NCBI GenBank assembly: GCA_047495785.1
Contig: JBLDXI010000003.1
Coordinates: forward strand, 3,100,001 to 3,164,000
Source: Lepidodermella squamata
Lineage: Eukaryota; Animalia; Gastrotricha
DNA length: 64,000 bases
Direction of reading: 5' to 3'
In this document: one piece after another, positions 22,401-35,577 of the stretch
Position numbering within the stretch: position 1 is the stretch's first letter
How the letters are laid out: each line of letters starts with the position of its first letter
Translations under genes and position numbers: made by a program
The notes under the pieces: generated by a model
The model's input: only the letters and a program-made list of their open reading frames with translations
The model's database searches: none
Told to the model about the DNA's origin: nothing

Positions 22401-25400
22401 TTCGACCAGTCGTTTCCGTTGCAAAACATCTCATTTCTCCCGCCCTGGAAAACGAAACCCGCCTCGCATGAGTAAATAACGCTGTCACCCTTCGTTGGCT
22501 GCTGATTTGTCTCGAGATCGAAGGTCGCCGATAACACGAACCCATGCTCGATCTTCGGCGGCTTCGGGCAGTTTTCATTCGCTATCCTGCCGATTAGCCT
22601 ATCCATTAAGGTCGATTTCGTCAGAACGCAGTCGACCTTATCCTGCCAACGGCCATTTTCTTGACACCGTAATTGCTGGACCCTTGTCATGCCGCTGCTC
22701 AGGCTATAACCATCGAGGCAAGTGTAAGAAACAGTTGAACCAGCAACGCTGTTTCTAACAAATGACTGATCGGTGATTCGAGAATTAGCGACTCTGGGTG
22801 GCTCGCCGCAACCTGGGACACAGGCTGATAACGCCGACCAGCGGCCTGTTGCAGCCTCGCAGACTGTTGTAGTCACCGGGCCATCGAACGCGAAACCTGA
22901 GTCGCATTCGTAGCGAACATAATCACCAGCCCGGCCGTCTAGAACTGTTTGAGCAGGCCGGCCGTTAGCAATTCGAGGCGTCTCGCCGCAAGTTCCAACT
23001 CTACTGCACTTCAGGCCCTCCTTAGGCTGCCATTCAGTCCCACTGCAGCGTATTGTGATTGATTTGCCTTGGTTGCTGGCGTAGCCGCTTCGGCATGTCA
23101 GGATGATGACGTCACCATCGCGCCCGTTCGAGCCATCTGTGAACGACTTGTAGGTGACCTCGGCGTTTTCAACAGCGGGAGGAGCGGCGCATTCTGGGGC
23201 GCATCGTTTATCGCCGGGTTCGCATTTATTCGGCACCGCAACTTCCTTACACTGCCGCTCAAAGACAACTAAATGAAAAAAACCACAAATTAATTCCTAC
23301 ATGAGGTCTAAAATTTTTAAAATTATGATAATAAAACTTGAAAAAAATTTAAATTAAATTAAAAAATGAAATTTCGACATTTCAAAAATTTTAAAATTTT
23401 AAAAGTTTCAAATATTTCAATAATTCAACAATTTCAAATTTGCAAAGTATTTTTCCCTCCTATATGATTTTTCGATTTTCGATTTTAGCAGCATCAATCC
23501 TATTAAAATCAGTTCACCAGCCGGCAAGGCCAGCATTCGTTTGAATATTCAAAATTCAGGGATATTACGGACAAAAATTCAACTGACGTTGAGGTTCGCG
23601 CCTTGGCCTAGTTGGGTCGGATGGATCGCATTGCAAGGCTTTGTCCCGAAATATCCATTGAGTGCCATTGCATCTTATCGATATGGTTAAACTCCTCGGG
23701 CTCTGGCATACGAAATTCACAATATCACCTTCACGCCCGTTTTCACCCTCAAAGGTTCTGAAGTCGATAGAGGCGTTATCAATGGTCGGCGGTGGCCCGC
23801 AAGCGATACATTTCTTCTCAGTAGGTTCAGTGCATTTTTCTGGTATTTCGCATTTTCTGACGTAAGGATCTGAAGAAAAAAATTAAAAAATAAAATATAT
23901 AATTATTTTAGACTAATTAAAAAATTAATAAAATTAAAAAAGACCCACATTGATTTGATTTTGACGGCACAGATGGCAAGCAAACAGGTAGTTCACTCGG
24001 CCATTTCCCATCTTGGCCACACGTGACCTCCATAGGGACATATCGCCTCGGGTTGTAGCCACGGTCGCAAAAGTACCGAACAATGCTCCCCGGTCTCGAA
24101 TCTGCGTTAGCAAAGCTCTGATAGTCAATCTGGGCGTTCTCAACCTTTGGCGCCGCCCCACAACTCGGTCCTAAAATATCAATAATTCAAAACATATTTT
24201 TTTCCGAAATTTCAAAAAATTACGGAGTGTTCTGTCCGGCCTAGGGCCTGTTGCTCCAGCCTCCGTGCAGGAAGGAATTGGCGTGCTCCACTGTCCGTTT
24301 GTTGCGCAAGTTGTCTTGTCATTTTCAGTGTCCAATTCGTAGCCGTTCTTGCATCGATACGTCACGGTTGACCCGACCTCGCTCATCGAGCCGGTAAATG
24401 AGGCCTGCGCATCGGCATTAGCCACCGTAGGCGCCGCTCCACATCGAATTACCGACATTATTACTGAAAAAATGGAATAAATTTTTTTTTTCAAATTATT
24501 TTGTTAATTTTACCGGGCGATAGAGAGCAACGGGGTAGCAAGCAATTGTCAGGCCATTGACCGTTTGGTCCGCAGGTGATGATCTTTTGACCGAATGGGT
24601 ATGCGATGTAATAGCCAGCGTCGCATTTGTAGGTCACTGTTGATCCAGGTATGCTCTCGTCATCGTTGAATGATGCGGTATCGACGGATCCGTGATCAAT
24701 TTTAGGCGGGGCACCGCAAGATACTAATTTTAGAATCATCGGTAAATTTAGCGAATGAACAAATAAATAGTCCGTTGAGGATATACCTACGCACGGCGAA
24801 AGCGGTGACCATTTCTCAGCCATACCGTTGCATACTGAAATTCTGGCTGTTCCATTAAATCGAAATCCGCTAAAAAATGGTAAAAATAATTATAATTGAA
24901 AAATAAATTAATTTCATAGTATAAATTTTATACAATTTTAATTTTAAAATATTAGGACAAGTGGAATATTGAATTATTTTTTTTTATTTGTTAATTATTT
25001 GTTAAACCTTTCATTAACATTGTATTAAAGCTACAACGCTTAATTAGCGCTTTGAGGGGTAATTTTACTTCGGCCTGCAGAGCCCTTATCGATTATTACT
25101 ATCGATTTTACAAATCAGTGATTTTTCCGTTATCAGAAGTTTTGAAAGCCAAGATTGAAAATATTTCTAACTACAGTGAAAGTTGTTTAAACCGGACCGG
25201 TCTAAACCGGACGATTTCGGGTGGCTCGATCCGAAAGTGTGGACTTCACATTATAATTTTATTGTCTAAACCGGACTCTCTAAACCGGACTGGTGGTATA
25301 AACCGGACGGATTTGGGGCTCAAAGTCCGGGTTATGCAATAAAAAGGCCAATTTTCTATATAATTTTGAAGAAAGTGCCAGCCCCTGCCTGACAAGAGTA

Positions 25401-27087
25401 GCCTCAAAATTTCGAAAAAAATTCAACTTCCAAATTTTTGCGAATATAGCTGAATATGTTGATTATTTATATTAAAATTGTCGATTCCGTACTCAAAAAG
25501 TATTACTTAGCTTGTAAAACTTAAAAATTCCATGAATTTCACGTGCTATTTCCTATACCGGACTCAGTCCGGTTTAAAATAATTCGGACTTTCTCTAAAC
25601 CGGACGATTTTGCCTGGCACGACCTTAGTCCGGTTTAGACAACTTTCACTGTAGCTGATCTAAAACGAAGCTAAAATAAAGATCCTAGAGTTACGGACCA
25701 CAACCCTGGTTTAGACTTCGGTTTAGATCCTATTTCATATTGGATTGAGAGCAAGTTCACTTACGGATTGCAAGCGAATCTAACAATGTCTCCATCTCGA
25801 CTTTCATCCTGGGTTATAGCCGTTTCCAGAACACGTCCGTTGGCCGGTGGGGCGGGGATAGGGCCACACGACGCCATGTAACGACACCGCGGCATGGGTG
25901 ACCAAACTTTACCCAGACATCGGACGTAATCCTGCCCAACAATCTCGTACATTTCATCACATTCGAATTTAACAATCGCCCCGGCTTCGGGCCATTGATT
26001 GCGCGGGTATGATTGCGAAATAATTGTCCCATTCGATAAATCAGGCAGCGGAGGGCAGTGAGGGTAACCAGGCAAATCTAAATAAATTAAGGTAGATTTT
26101 TTTATTGTATAATTTACGAAATTCTTACTAGTGCAGTAAGGAAGGGTTGTCCAATGACCATCAGGCTGGCAGACAATATATCTGTTCTGGAGCATTGAAT
26201 AGCCCTCGTCACATTCGTACTCCAAAACCACCCCGGGTACAGCGTCCGATATCATACTCTTGCCCTCGCAGCTGGTTCTCGAGCCGCATTCTCGATTGAT
26301 AACCTTAGCGTTCGGAATGTTAGGAACAGGACCGCAAGATTTCTCCCGATCAAGCTTCGGCACTATCGAAACGAAAAACGCCGGCAGTCTGTAATGGACC
26401 TGGGCGTCAAGTTCGATAGCGAAATCGAGTTCCTGAACTTGATTGATTTCCCTAATCGCAAGATTGCCAACATAGGTCGGGTAATTTTTCGGGTCAGCCA
26501 TGCGTATCGAGTAAGGAATAAGCGTTTCCTTCTGCATAAACATCCGCGCGTCGTAGAAAATACCGAAACAGGTCGTATTTCCGACTCGAAGACTTGAAAA
26601 AAAATCAATTTCGAGAATTTTGAAATATTTATTGGGAAAATTATTTACGGAGCTTTCCAGCCTTCATTTGGCGGAATTGCGACTGTCTGCCATCCAACAG
26701 CTGTTGGCGTATCGACATTGATGCGGATGAAATTGACGAGCCGAAACGATCCGGGATGGGCATCGATATCCTCGAAAAAGCCAAGGTAAAGATGCTTCCT
26801 TGAGTTAGGCTCGAAATTGTAAAACGTTATCGAGCGGACAAGGCCCTCGCACGTGGGTCGCATCCATGAATAAATATTCAACAAAGACGAAAATTGGTCG
26901 AAATTTTGCTTGCTCAGAAAATTAACGTCGCCAGTTTGACATCCGGCTGGAAAAAATAATTGAAATATCAAAAAATGCCAATATTTTTTAATTTACCGTA
27001 GACTGATGTCTCGTTCCAAGCTTGAACAAAGCTAATCCTAAAACCGGTTAGCAATATAATGATAAGGGAAGTTATCAAGCTTCCCAT
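16468..27087 (-). CDS. Large secreted Sushi/CCP protein B: signal peptide, unrecognised N-terminal domain, ~29 CCP domains, acidic spacer, C-terminal vWA domain
   Basis: ATG 27087 MGSLITSLIIILLTGFRISFVQA; more than 20 exons encode CCP modules. C-terminal SLVFIVD...AVRFIFVTT...KIFAIGFG...RNVASKP vWA pattern; no transmembrane helix seen. Confidence 0.85.
25174..25651. mobile_element. MITE, Tc1/mariner-pogo type, inside an intron of Sushi protein B
   Basis: TIRs CAGTGAAAGTTGT(T/C)TAAACCGGAC with TA on both sides; internal TAAACCGGAC repeats. Confidence 0.85.
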
Positions 27088-28446
27088 TTCTCGAATTTGC
27101 AATTAAGTTCCGCCGCACTAAAATGGCACCAATTTTTTCATGTTTATAACTCGAGTTTATATGCCGAGAAATAACAAACTTTGTTTTTCGAGTTGTATTC
27201 CGCGTTGCCTAGTATCGCGTATTTATCATTGAAGTTATCATTGCTGGCTGCTTTGAAATTTCAAAAAACGTAACCACAACACTGCTGCGGTCGAAAAATA
27301 CCTAGCCGCCGCCTCCTTAAAGTGGGCGCAGCTTTTCTGAGCGCCGCACTATATGAAAACGTGCGCATGAATGCAAAATTAGCGGTCAAATATGTCGCCT
27401 TATTTATGTGTTTGTTCTTTTTATTCATTTATATCACTATTCACGTGCGATTATAACTCAAGTGCCATCCCTTGCCCCAAGCCAGGATACCGCGGGATGG
27501 CGTCATAATGACTCGCCGAGAATAGTAACAAATGGCGAGTTGCTTTTGATGTGCCGAAAAAACTGGCGTTCAGTTTTTCCGAGCGATGGCCAAGGCACGT
27601 GACTGACTTGGCGGAGATGCAAAAAGTTGGTTTTACGCCGTTTGTTTCTGGAAAGCGAGTCGTTATGGCGCCCACGACATAGATTTTACGAGCTTTTCAA
27701 GATTTCAAGGTGATAATGCTGGAAATAAACTCCGCAATTATTAGTTACCATGAAAGCAGATGTAGACTCAGACGTTCGTCAATCATTTGCCCTGAGTCAT
27801 AAGTCGAAACTACAGGATGATTGCTAATTACAATGTGTGAAATATTGGGATTAGCACGTCTTTGACAACATGTGCAGACTTACTATAAGATGATAACTGA
27901 TACCAAGTTGTTTGTCGTTTTTACCCTATTTTTATTTAGTGATTCTCGGAATCTTCGAGAAGTCACGAAATCGACCCAAAAAGAAGGTGAACATGAATTT
28001 TGCTGAAAACTAAAATTGTATTGAATGAGCTTCATCGATTCGGCAAAATTCGGAAAGCTAAGCCTTGATAGCTTAGCAAAATCTTCCGTCATAACAACAA
28101 TATTATGTGCCATCCAAGATTGTTCAAGCTTCCTTTATGCATCACAAAATTCAGGTCGGTTATTGTGTTAGTCGCGAAAGGATTGCGCTACATCCAATAT
28201 GCTCCCTTTCACGGAGCTGACCAAAAGTTTCTTTCAAAGCCTCGGAAAAACAAATAATAATAAATAATAATAAAGTAAGTTTGCTTAAAAGAAACTCATT
28301 AACCCCTTCGACATAAGAGTTTATAGCTAATTACCAAGAACGTTGATTTTCACTATGTTCTCTCATAGACTTCAGACAGCAGACATGCTTGGAAAACATC
28401 GTTAAAAAAGTTTATTATTAACTTGAAACACGACAAATAGCAAATA

Positions 28447-30867
28447 TTAGTCACTAATTCCGCCGCGAGCCAGATCGATTTTTAGATTAGATCGACAAAA
28501 TGCCCGCAAATGCTTGCACGAAGCTACAAAATCGGTGTTAGAAAATTGTTGGTAGAAAATTAGAACACTGCTAACGAAAGATAACAACAATATACTGATA
28601 GAAATGGTCAAATCAAGCATCAAACTGGACTTCGACATGAAGCTTACCGCAAGTGAAGCGAGGAATAAGCTGGCTGAGAAGAGAAAAGTCGACAAAAGAA
28701 ATTTCGCTTCTGAGTACAGTTTGAACCGTCGAGAATTTTTCAATAATAGTGAAAGCGCAGCACCGCCTAACAGGGAAATGCAGTTTAGGCCGATCAACCC
28801 TCCGATCCATTTCAGAGAATCACCCGAGTTGCATACAATGGATTTCTGGTAGATAACAGCATCGATGTCTTCGACGTAGTACTGACTATTCTCCCTTTCA
28901 TTCGACATAGCTCGTAATGGGTTGAAAATAAGCCAACAAATCCAGATGAAAAACCCAACTACTGTTATCAATAACGGGAATTTAAGCAAATGGCCTTCTT
29001 TCAGTCTGAATTTAGGGATTCCATTAGATTGATTCTTTTTTGCAACGACTCTTCGAAGAACGGAAGCGGCCGGTGTATTGGGTTTGGCATCTTGACAGAT
29101 TTTATCATTTGCCTTTCGTCTGTGAGGCAGTCCTTTCTTCCTAATTCGCACTGTCTTAAGGAATCGGAAAGCAGCATATTGGCGCATACATAATGCACTT
29201 GTATACGACGTCAAGCCGGTTACGATAAAGAAAACGCCAGCTTGACAAGTTGCATCTGTACGCAGAGTAGATGGCATTGTATTAAATACTACAGCTGCAA
29301 AGTTCAGAATGTAGCTGGATAGAAACATCGAATCCATCAGACTTCTCCTTCTAGGAAGATTTCGTCCAATTCGCTTCCATCCTATGAACCAGATTTGAAT
29401 GACCAATATTAACAGGGCTGCGAGAGATAGTCCGATGAAACTAGGAAGTTGAACACCTCCGTCGTGGACTATTTCCACCGCCGAATCCCGAGGGAATCGC
29501 AAAATGGGAGAAATTTCTTGTACCAAAAAAGAGCTCATATTCGTGACGTCAGTCTTATTGCCCGCTAATTGTACTCTGTACCTCGCATGTAAACTCCGAT
29601 TTCGATCCCACATTGCTACAAATTGCGCCTCAGAATCAAGCTCCAGGCGTTTTGAATACTGAAATGTGCCATGTCTAAGGTTGTTATATACCAACGTACT
29701 CGCACTTTTGTTCACAGCTTGCATTACAGATTCCCGATTCACAGTTTGGTAATCTCTGAGGCTCAAATTCTGGTGCGAAAGAAGTCTTTCAGCTTTGTCT
29801 AGGATCAAAACACTTTGTAAAGCAATGTCATAGCACAGATGCCGGAATTGAAGGTCGTTTGCTTTAGGATCCGCAACAGTAGAATACAGCCTTTCGAAGT
29901 CGGCGATAGTATGGCCTAATGCAGTTTGAACCGTCGGGTTGGGTACTAGAGCTTGATAAGGCGCTCCGATGAAATATGATATTCTCATTTGTTCATAAAA
30001 AATGGCTCGGGTGCAACCATCTGGAAGTCTCTCATCCGGTAGGAAACTTGGTTCGTTAAAAAGTGTCATTGGTAAAAGGAACCCATATTTAGAACCTGAG
30101 ATCCCAACAAGGTAGGCCTGGCATAAAAAACTAGGTAGCGAGTTGAACTCTCCGGAGTCGAACGTGAAAATTCGATAATCGTCTGATTTCAAAGTTTCCA
30201 AGATTTGTCGACTCGATTCGGCGATGCTTTCAAATGCTCCGATATCAATGCCTTCAGCAGACGCTTGTTCGTAGAACCTATTAGCCAACTCAAAGCCAAA
30301 ACCACTTCCATCCAAATAGACCAAGCTAGCAATCCTACGCCATTGCGCGACGCTTTTAATGAAACGAACTCTGGCAGTGATTGCTAGATCAACGGGGCTC
30401 CGGGTTCTGTAAAAATTCGGAAACATCTCACGGTTCGCAGTTTGAGAAGGGGATGTGCAACTCAGCCCTATAGTTACCATATGAAAATGAGCCACTGTTC
30501 TTCCCCAGTTTATGCATCCCGTGGTGTAGAGCGGTCCGAGGGACAAAGGCGAAGCATAGAGCCCTGGTTCTGTTGGAGCGTAATATTTCCTCAAGAACTC
30601 GATTCCTCGAAGGACAGACAGGGAAGAAACCGAGCCTTCATCCAACCACTCAACTTCCAAGTGATAGCCGGGTAGAAAGTCAGTCCTGTTGTTCACAATG
30701 TCGATGACCATTTTTTGCGTCGCCTGACAAGTTCGAAAAGTTATTGGCTCTGAACCGGTGAAGGGCAGCAACGACAAAATCTTCAGCCTGTTCAGCTGGG
30801 GCCTGTCACATTTTAATATCGCCACCAGGCAGGGAAGAAGGATTATGCTTAAGGTTACGCGCTTCAT
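28447..30867 (-). CDS. Intronless class C GPCR (GABA-B-like: Venus-flytrap domain + 7TM, no Cys-rich domain)
   Basis: Likely start MKRVTLSIILL; LKILSLLPFTG..VNNRTDFLPGYHLE..FPNFYRT ANF-receptor motifs; seven hydrophobic segments. Confidence 0.88.
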   Translation of the reverse strand: MKRVTLSIILLPCLVAILKCDRPQLNRLKILSLLPFTGSEPITFRTCQATQKMVIDIVNNRTDFLPGYHLEVEWLDEGSVSSLSVLRGIEFLRKYYAPTEPGLYASPLSLGPLYTTGCINWGRTVAHFHMVTIGLSCTSPSQTANREMFPNFYRTRSPVDLAITARVRFIKSVAQWRRIASLVYLDGSGFGFELANRFYEQASAEGIDIGAFESIAESSRQILETLKSDDYRIFTFDSGEFNSLPSFLCQAYLVGISGSKYGFLLPMTLFNEPSFLPDERLPDGCTRAIFYEQMRISYFIGAPYQALVPNPTVQTALGHTIADFERLYSTVADPKANDLQFRHLCYDIALQSVLILDKAERLLSHQNLSLRDYQTVNRESVMQAVNKSASTLVYNNLRHGTFQYSKRLELDSEAQFVAMWDRNRSLHARYRVQLAGNKTDVTNMSSFLVQEISPILRFPRDSAVEIVHDGGVQLPSFIGLSLAALLILVIQIWFIGWKRIGRNLPRRRSLMDSMFLSSYILNFAAVVFNTMPSTLRTDATCQAGVFFIVTGLTSYTSALCMRQYAAFRFLKTVRIRKKGLPHRRKANDKICQDAKPNTPAASVLRRVVAKKNQSNGIPKFRLKEGHLLKFPLLITVVGFFIWICWLIFNPLRAMSNERENSQYYVEDIDAVIYQKSIVCNSGDSLKWIGGLIGLNCISLLGGAALSLLLKNSRRFKLYSEAKFLLSTFLFSASLFLASLAVSFMSKSSLMLDLTISISILLLSFVSSVLIFYQQFSNTDFVASCKHLRAFCRSNLKIDLARGGISD

Positions 30868-31930
30868 AAACTTCGAAGATCTCTGAATGTCTCGAAATAT
30901 TGTCAAATGTGTTCGCGCTGGGCATGCAGGGAGGATCAAGTTTCAATGGTTGACGCACGGTACAGACGGCTGTCGATTAATTATCAGCAAGGTATCTCTG
31001 CAAGCGCGGTTTGTATGATTCAGTTGTGCCCATTTTTCCTCTTTCAAATTACTCTTACTTACCATAGATGTAAAAAAATTGATCAGGGCATTGCTAAGTG
31101 CACGCATTCAACAATGCAAGATCAAGACAGATGAAATTACCCGATTCCACATACGAGAACACTCCATGTAAATAGAGGTTGTCGAACGGCGTTCAACGAA
31201 AATTAGCTCGAGGACACAACGCAGCCCCCTGTAGGATGGCGGTGCCCCCTAGTTCGTCTCGAAGGACCAGGGGCTGGCGAGAGGAAGCGATGATTTCGCT
31301 TTTAGAGGCATCAAACTGCTGGCGCCAAAAGCAGCTATTAACGGCAGCTGCTTGCCGATATAATTGCCGAGGTTGTAGTTTCCTAATTTGATTGAGCCTA
31401 ATCCTTCCGTGAATTATATCGATTCAAGTGTCAGAAATGCGATTTGTTGACTCGAGTTTGCTAAACATTTTGGTGGTTATGGAACAAAGAAACAATTTTC
31501 GAATGCGCGACAGATTTACCGCTTTACCCCTTCCTCTCATTACAAAAGGACAGAATCTCCAGAACGTTCTGATTCACAACTGACTGATCTGACTGATTCA
31601 TAAGTTCTATATCTCGAGTTAGACAGTTATAGAAAGCGTCACTCAGAAGCTTATTTAGCAAGATGCGTCTTCGTCGTCATTAGCAAACCGTAGCTGCAAA
31701 TTATGTTGTTGCGATCTTATACTCTATGCGCAATGTGTGAATGAGCAGGAAATTAATGAGCTGAAACTAAGAGCGGAAAACTTGGTCCGTGAGACGTGCG
31801 ATTCAGTACTTCAGTAATCGACACGCAATCCACGCGATTTAACCCCCGCGCGAATCTGCACAGGAACGTTTCGCGATTTTTCCAACATTTCACGATATCT
31901 AAAAGGTATAACTTTGCAGCTTTGCAGCCG

Positions 31931-34279
31931 ATGAAGCGCGTAATAGGTTCAATTTTTCTGCTTTCAATCCTGGTACCGATAGCAAGATGTAACAATTCCC
32001 AGCCGTACAGGCTAAAGATTTTGTCATTGCTACCCTTCACTGGTTCGGAGCCAATAACCTTTCGAACGTGCCAGGCGACTCAAAAAATGGTCATCGACAT
32101 TGTGAACAACAGGACTGATATTCTACCCCGCTATCACTTGGAAGTTGAGTGGTTGGACGAGGGCTCGTTTTCCTCTCTGGCCGTGCAGCGAGGTATAGAT
32201 TTTCTGAGAAACTATTTCACCCCTTCTGAACCGATGCTCATCACGTCACCGTTATCTATTGGACCGCTCTACACTCCAGGCTGCATCAGCTGGGGAAGGA
32301 TTGCGGCTTACGCTGGGATGGTGACTATAGGGCTGAGTTGCACAGCCTCGTCTCTAACGGCGAATCGCAAGGTTTTTCCGAACTTTTATCGAACCCGAGG
32401 TCCGGTAGACCTGGCGATCCTTGCACGAGTCCGTTTCATCAAAAGTGTCACACCTTGGCGTAGAATCGCGCTTCTAGTCCACCTCGATAGTAGTGGATCA
32501 GGCTTTGAGTTGGCTAATAGATTCTACGAACTAGCATCTAATGAAGGCTTAGATATCGGAGCTTTTGAGAGCATATCTGAATCTTCTGGTCTACAAGTTA
32601 TGCGAAATCTGAAATCAGTGGATTTTCGAATTTTCACCTTTGACTCTGGGGATTTCAACTCGTTACCTAGATTTCTTTGTCAGGCCTATAACGCAGGTAT
32701 CACAGGACCGAAATATGCATTTGTAGTACCAACTATAATCTTCAACGAACCGACCTCCCTACCAGATGATAGCTTTTCGAAAGAATGTACAAGAGCTATT
32801 TATTACGAGCAAATGAAAATAACTTTTATCATCGGCGCGCCGTATCGAGCTCTTGTAACTATTCCAGAGTTACGCACTGCCTTGGGCCATACCACCGCTG
32901 ACTTTGAAAGACTGTATTCCGCGATTGCCGACGTGAAAGCAGCTGATTTTCAATTCCGTCATCTCTGCTATGACATCGCCCTGCAAAGCGTTTTAATTCT
33001 CGATAAAGCCGAGAAACTTCTTTCAGCCCGAAACTTGAGTCTAAGAGATTACCATACTGCAAGCAGGGAAATAGTTCTGCAAACTGTAAATACAAGCGCT
33101 GGTACCATCAGGTACCAAAATCTCAGACATGGAACATTTCAGTATTCTAATCGTCTTGAAATTGACACCGAAGCTCAATATGCCGCGATGTGGGACCAAA
33201 ATCATGGTTTACACGCCATGTATAGACTGCAACTACCTGCAAACTCGACGGACGTCACAAATATGAATTTCTTCGTGGTCCAAGAGATTTCACCAGTTCT
33301 TAGGTTCCCGCGAGATTCTTCGCTAGAGATCACCTATGATGGGGGTGTAAAAATGCCGGGTTTTATCACTTTCACCGTTGTAGCCTTCTTGGCAATAACC
33401 ATCCAATTGTGGCTCATAAGCTCGAAGCGGATCACACTCAAATTGGGTAGGGAAAGTGGGGTGGATACAACTTTTATAGCAAGCTATATTCTCATGTTGG
33501 CAGCTGCAATTATAAAGTCTTTGCCGTCGTCTTTGAGGACTGATGCGTCTTGCCAGGCTAGCACCTTTCTCATCATAACTGGCTTGGCAGGGTACTCGAG
33601 TGCTTTATGCATGCGCCAATATGCTGCTGTTCGATTCTTGAAGGCCATTCGAATAAGTACACCAGTGCCAAATTCAGGCTTTCACATAAGGGATCAACCA
33701 ACGCCCAACTCAGGTATTCTTCCTAAATTTCAATTGAAAGAAGGCCACTTGATCAAATACCCGATATTGCTAGCGTTAATTGGAGTTTTGTTCTGCATTT
33801 GTTGGCTTTTCACCGACCCATTACGAGCTGAGTTGAGTGAAAGAGAGAATAGCCAGGAGTACGTCGAAGATATCGATACTGTTATATACCATAAGTCCAT
33901 TGTTTGCGTCTCGGATGATTCTTGGAAATGGAGTGGAGGGATGATCGGCATCGTCTGTATTCCTCTCCTAGGTGGAGCGGCACTTTCGGTTTCATTAAAA
34001 ACGTCACAATGCTTCAAATTCTATCCCCAAGTGAAGGCTTTGTTTCGTGTGTATATTTTCACTTCTACCTTATTCCTCGCTTCAATTACGCTGACCTTCA
34101 TTTCGTTGTCCAGTTTGATGCTTGATTTGACTTTTTCTATTAGCTTATTGGTATTATCCTTTGGCAGTTGCGTTCAGATTTTCTATCAAAAATTGTCTAG
34201 CATAAAAGCTTCGTGTAAGTATGTGCGCGTATTTTTCTCAACGAGATTCTTCTCTGATTCACGAACAAGTAACCACTAG
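31931..34279 (+). CDS. Intronless class C GPCR (GABA-B-like), paralogue 2
   Basis: Likely start MKRVIGSIFLL; collinear with the 28447-30867 and 35578-37938 proteins. Confidence 0.88.
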   Translation: MKRVIGSIFLLSILVPIARCNNSQPYRLKILSLLPFTGSEPITFRTCQATQKMVIDIVNNRTDILPRYHLEVEWLDEGSFSSLAVQRGIDFLRNYFTPSEPMLITSPLSIGPLYTPGCISWGRIAAYAGMVTIGLSCTASSLTANRKVFPNFYRTRGPVDLAILARVRFIKSVTPWRRIALLVHLDSSGSGFELANRFYELASNEGLDIGAFESISESSGLQVMRNLKSVDFRIFTFDSGDFNSLPRFLCQAYNAGITGPKYAFVVPTIIFNEPTSLPDDSFSKECTRAIYYEQMKITFIIGAPYRALVTIPELRTALGHTTADFERLYSAIADVKAADFQFRHLCYDIALQSVLILDKAEKLLSARNLSLRDYHTASREIVLQTVNTSAGTIRYQNLRHGTFQYSNRLEIDTEAQYAAMWDQNHGLHAMYRLQLPANSTDVTNMNFFVVQEISPVLRFPRDSSLEITYDGGVKMPGFITFTVVAFLAITIQLWLISSKRITLKLGRESGVDTTFIASYILMLAAAIIKSLPSSLRTDASCQASTFLIITGLAGYSSALCMRQYAAVRFLKAIRISTPVPNSGFHIRDQPTPNSGILPKFQLKEGHLIKYPILLALIGVLFCICWLFTDPLRAELSERENSQEYVEDIDTVIYHKSIVCVSDDSWKWSGGMIGIVCIPLLGGAALSVSLKTSQCFKFYPQVKALFRVYIFTSTLFLASITLTFISLSSLMLDLTFSISLLVLSFGSCVQIFYQKLSSIKASCKYVRVFFSTRFFSDSRTSNH

Positions 34280-35577
34280 CATCCGTGAGACCTGCAGGTA
34301 GAATGTATAATAAAATTAGAATTAATTAGAGAGAGAACCGAATTACCAAATTACCGAATACCGTAACCAGGGTGCGATCTTCGATCCCCGAGCTCCCGGG
34401 GATGGAAAAAAATTTTTTGCTGTTTTTGCCAAAATGACGAGTCATTTCCGCTAATAACCGAGCGAAGCGAGAAAATTTTGGAGATTTTTCCACTGTAACG
34501 CGCCCCAGAACCTTTCAAAATTAACAAAACAGTGGGATAAATTCTCATTTTGTTGTCTGGCCCGGCCGAGCTGGGGGGATGATCCCCCCTCCCCCCCCCC
34601 CCCCCCTGAAAGTCGCACACTGACCGTAACGCTTGGTGATTGTGGACAGGGTAACTTTGGACACTGTTTCTTTATATTTGAATAGCTTCGAAACGGCAAA
34701 AGACAAAATTACGGGATTTATTGCATAAAATGTTCCGCCTTACGAGCTTTCAAATGCTGTAAGGCCGATGATTATTGGGTTAATAATTGATTTTAGAGAA
34801 ATGTTATAATCAGTATCTGCTATGTCGATTTGGCACCCCCTCGTATCTTCCTAAACAAGATCAGCTTGGGTCAAAATTTGGCATGGGCGTTTCAATACCA
34901 TTAATCACTTGAATGAAATAAACACATTCGAAAATAAAATGAAAATCGGACGATTAGCTTCTGCAAGGCGTTCAGGTGCCATAAATATGGTAATTTTGCA
35001 CTGAAAAAAGAGGCGGCGTCGCAACAAAAAATTTTCTTGGAATAACGGATGGTGCGCCATATGTTCCTGATTTTTTTCTAATTCGGACCGAAAAGTCAAC
35101 AGAAATATAGAAGCACATAATGCTATTGCATATGCAAATGAGCGTCAAACATTACCATCTAATTGTCTGCCAAAGGACGGTACCTATTTCAAAATTATTT
35201 TAGATGAGCTCGAATTTTAACACACTATTGAACGCTGGGTAATTTCATGTCTTATTCCTTGGGTTGTCAGTCGCTCAAATCATCGGACAACTTTTTCCAG
35301 CATCAAGCGTCTCCATGAGAAAATGTCATGCTGCAGGTAATCAGCATTGTACATTCATCTACGCCACCTTGAGCAATATCATGTGGTCGGAATGGGCAAT
35401 AAATTAACGAATCAGACTAACCACGCCTGCAGTAATATATTTGTCTGATAATTAACCGTAGATTTGTATTCCGTGCTTAAGCCGTTTTGAAACTTAATCC
35501 TCCCCGCGCGAATCAGCGCGGATAATTATCGTGATTTTCGCAACATTTCGAGACATTAAGACAACTCAAGAGTTCGA

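Noticed and set aside
34585-34606. Poly-C tract (possible G-quadruplex on the minus strand)
   Set aside because: Lies in repeat-like intergenic sequence with no evidence of function.
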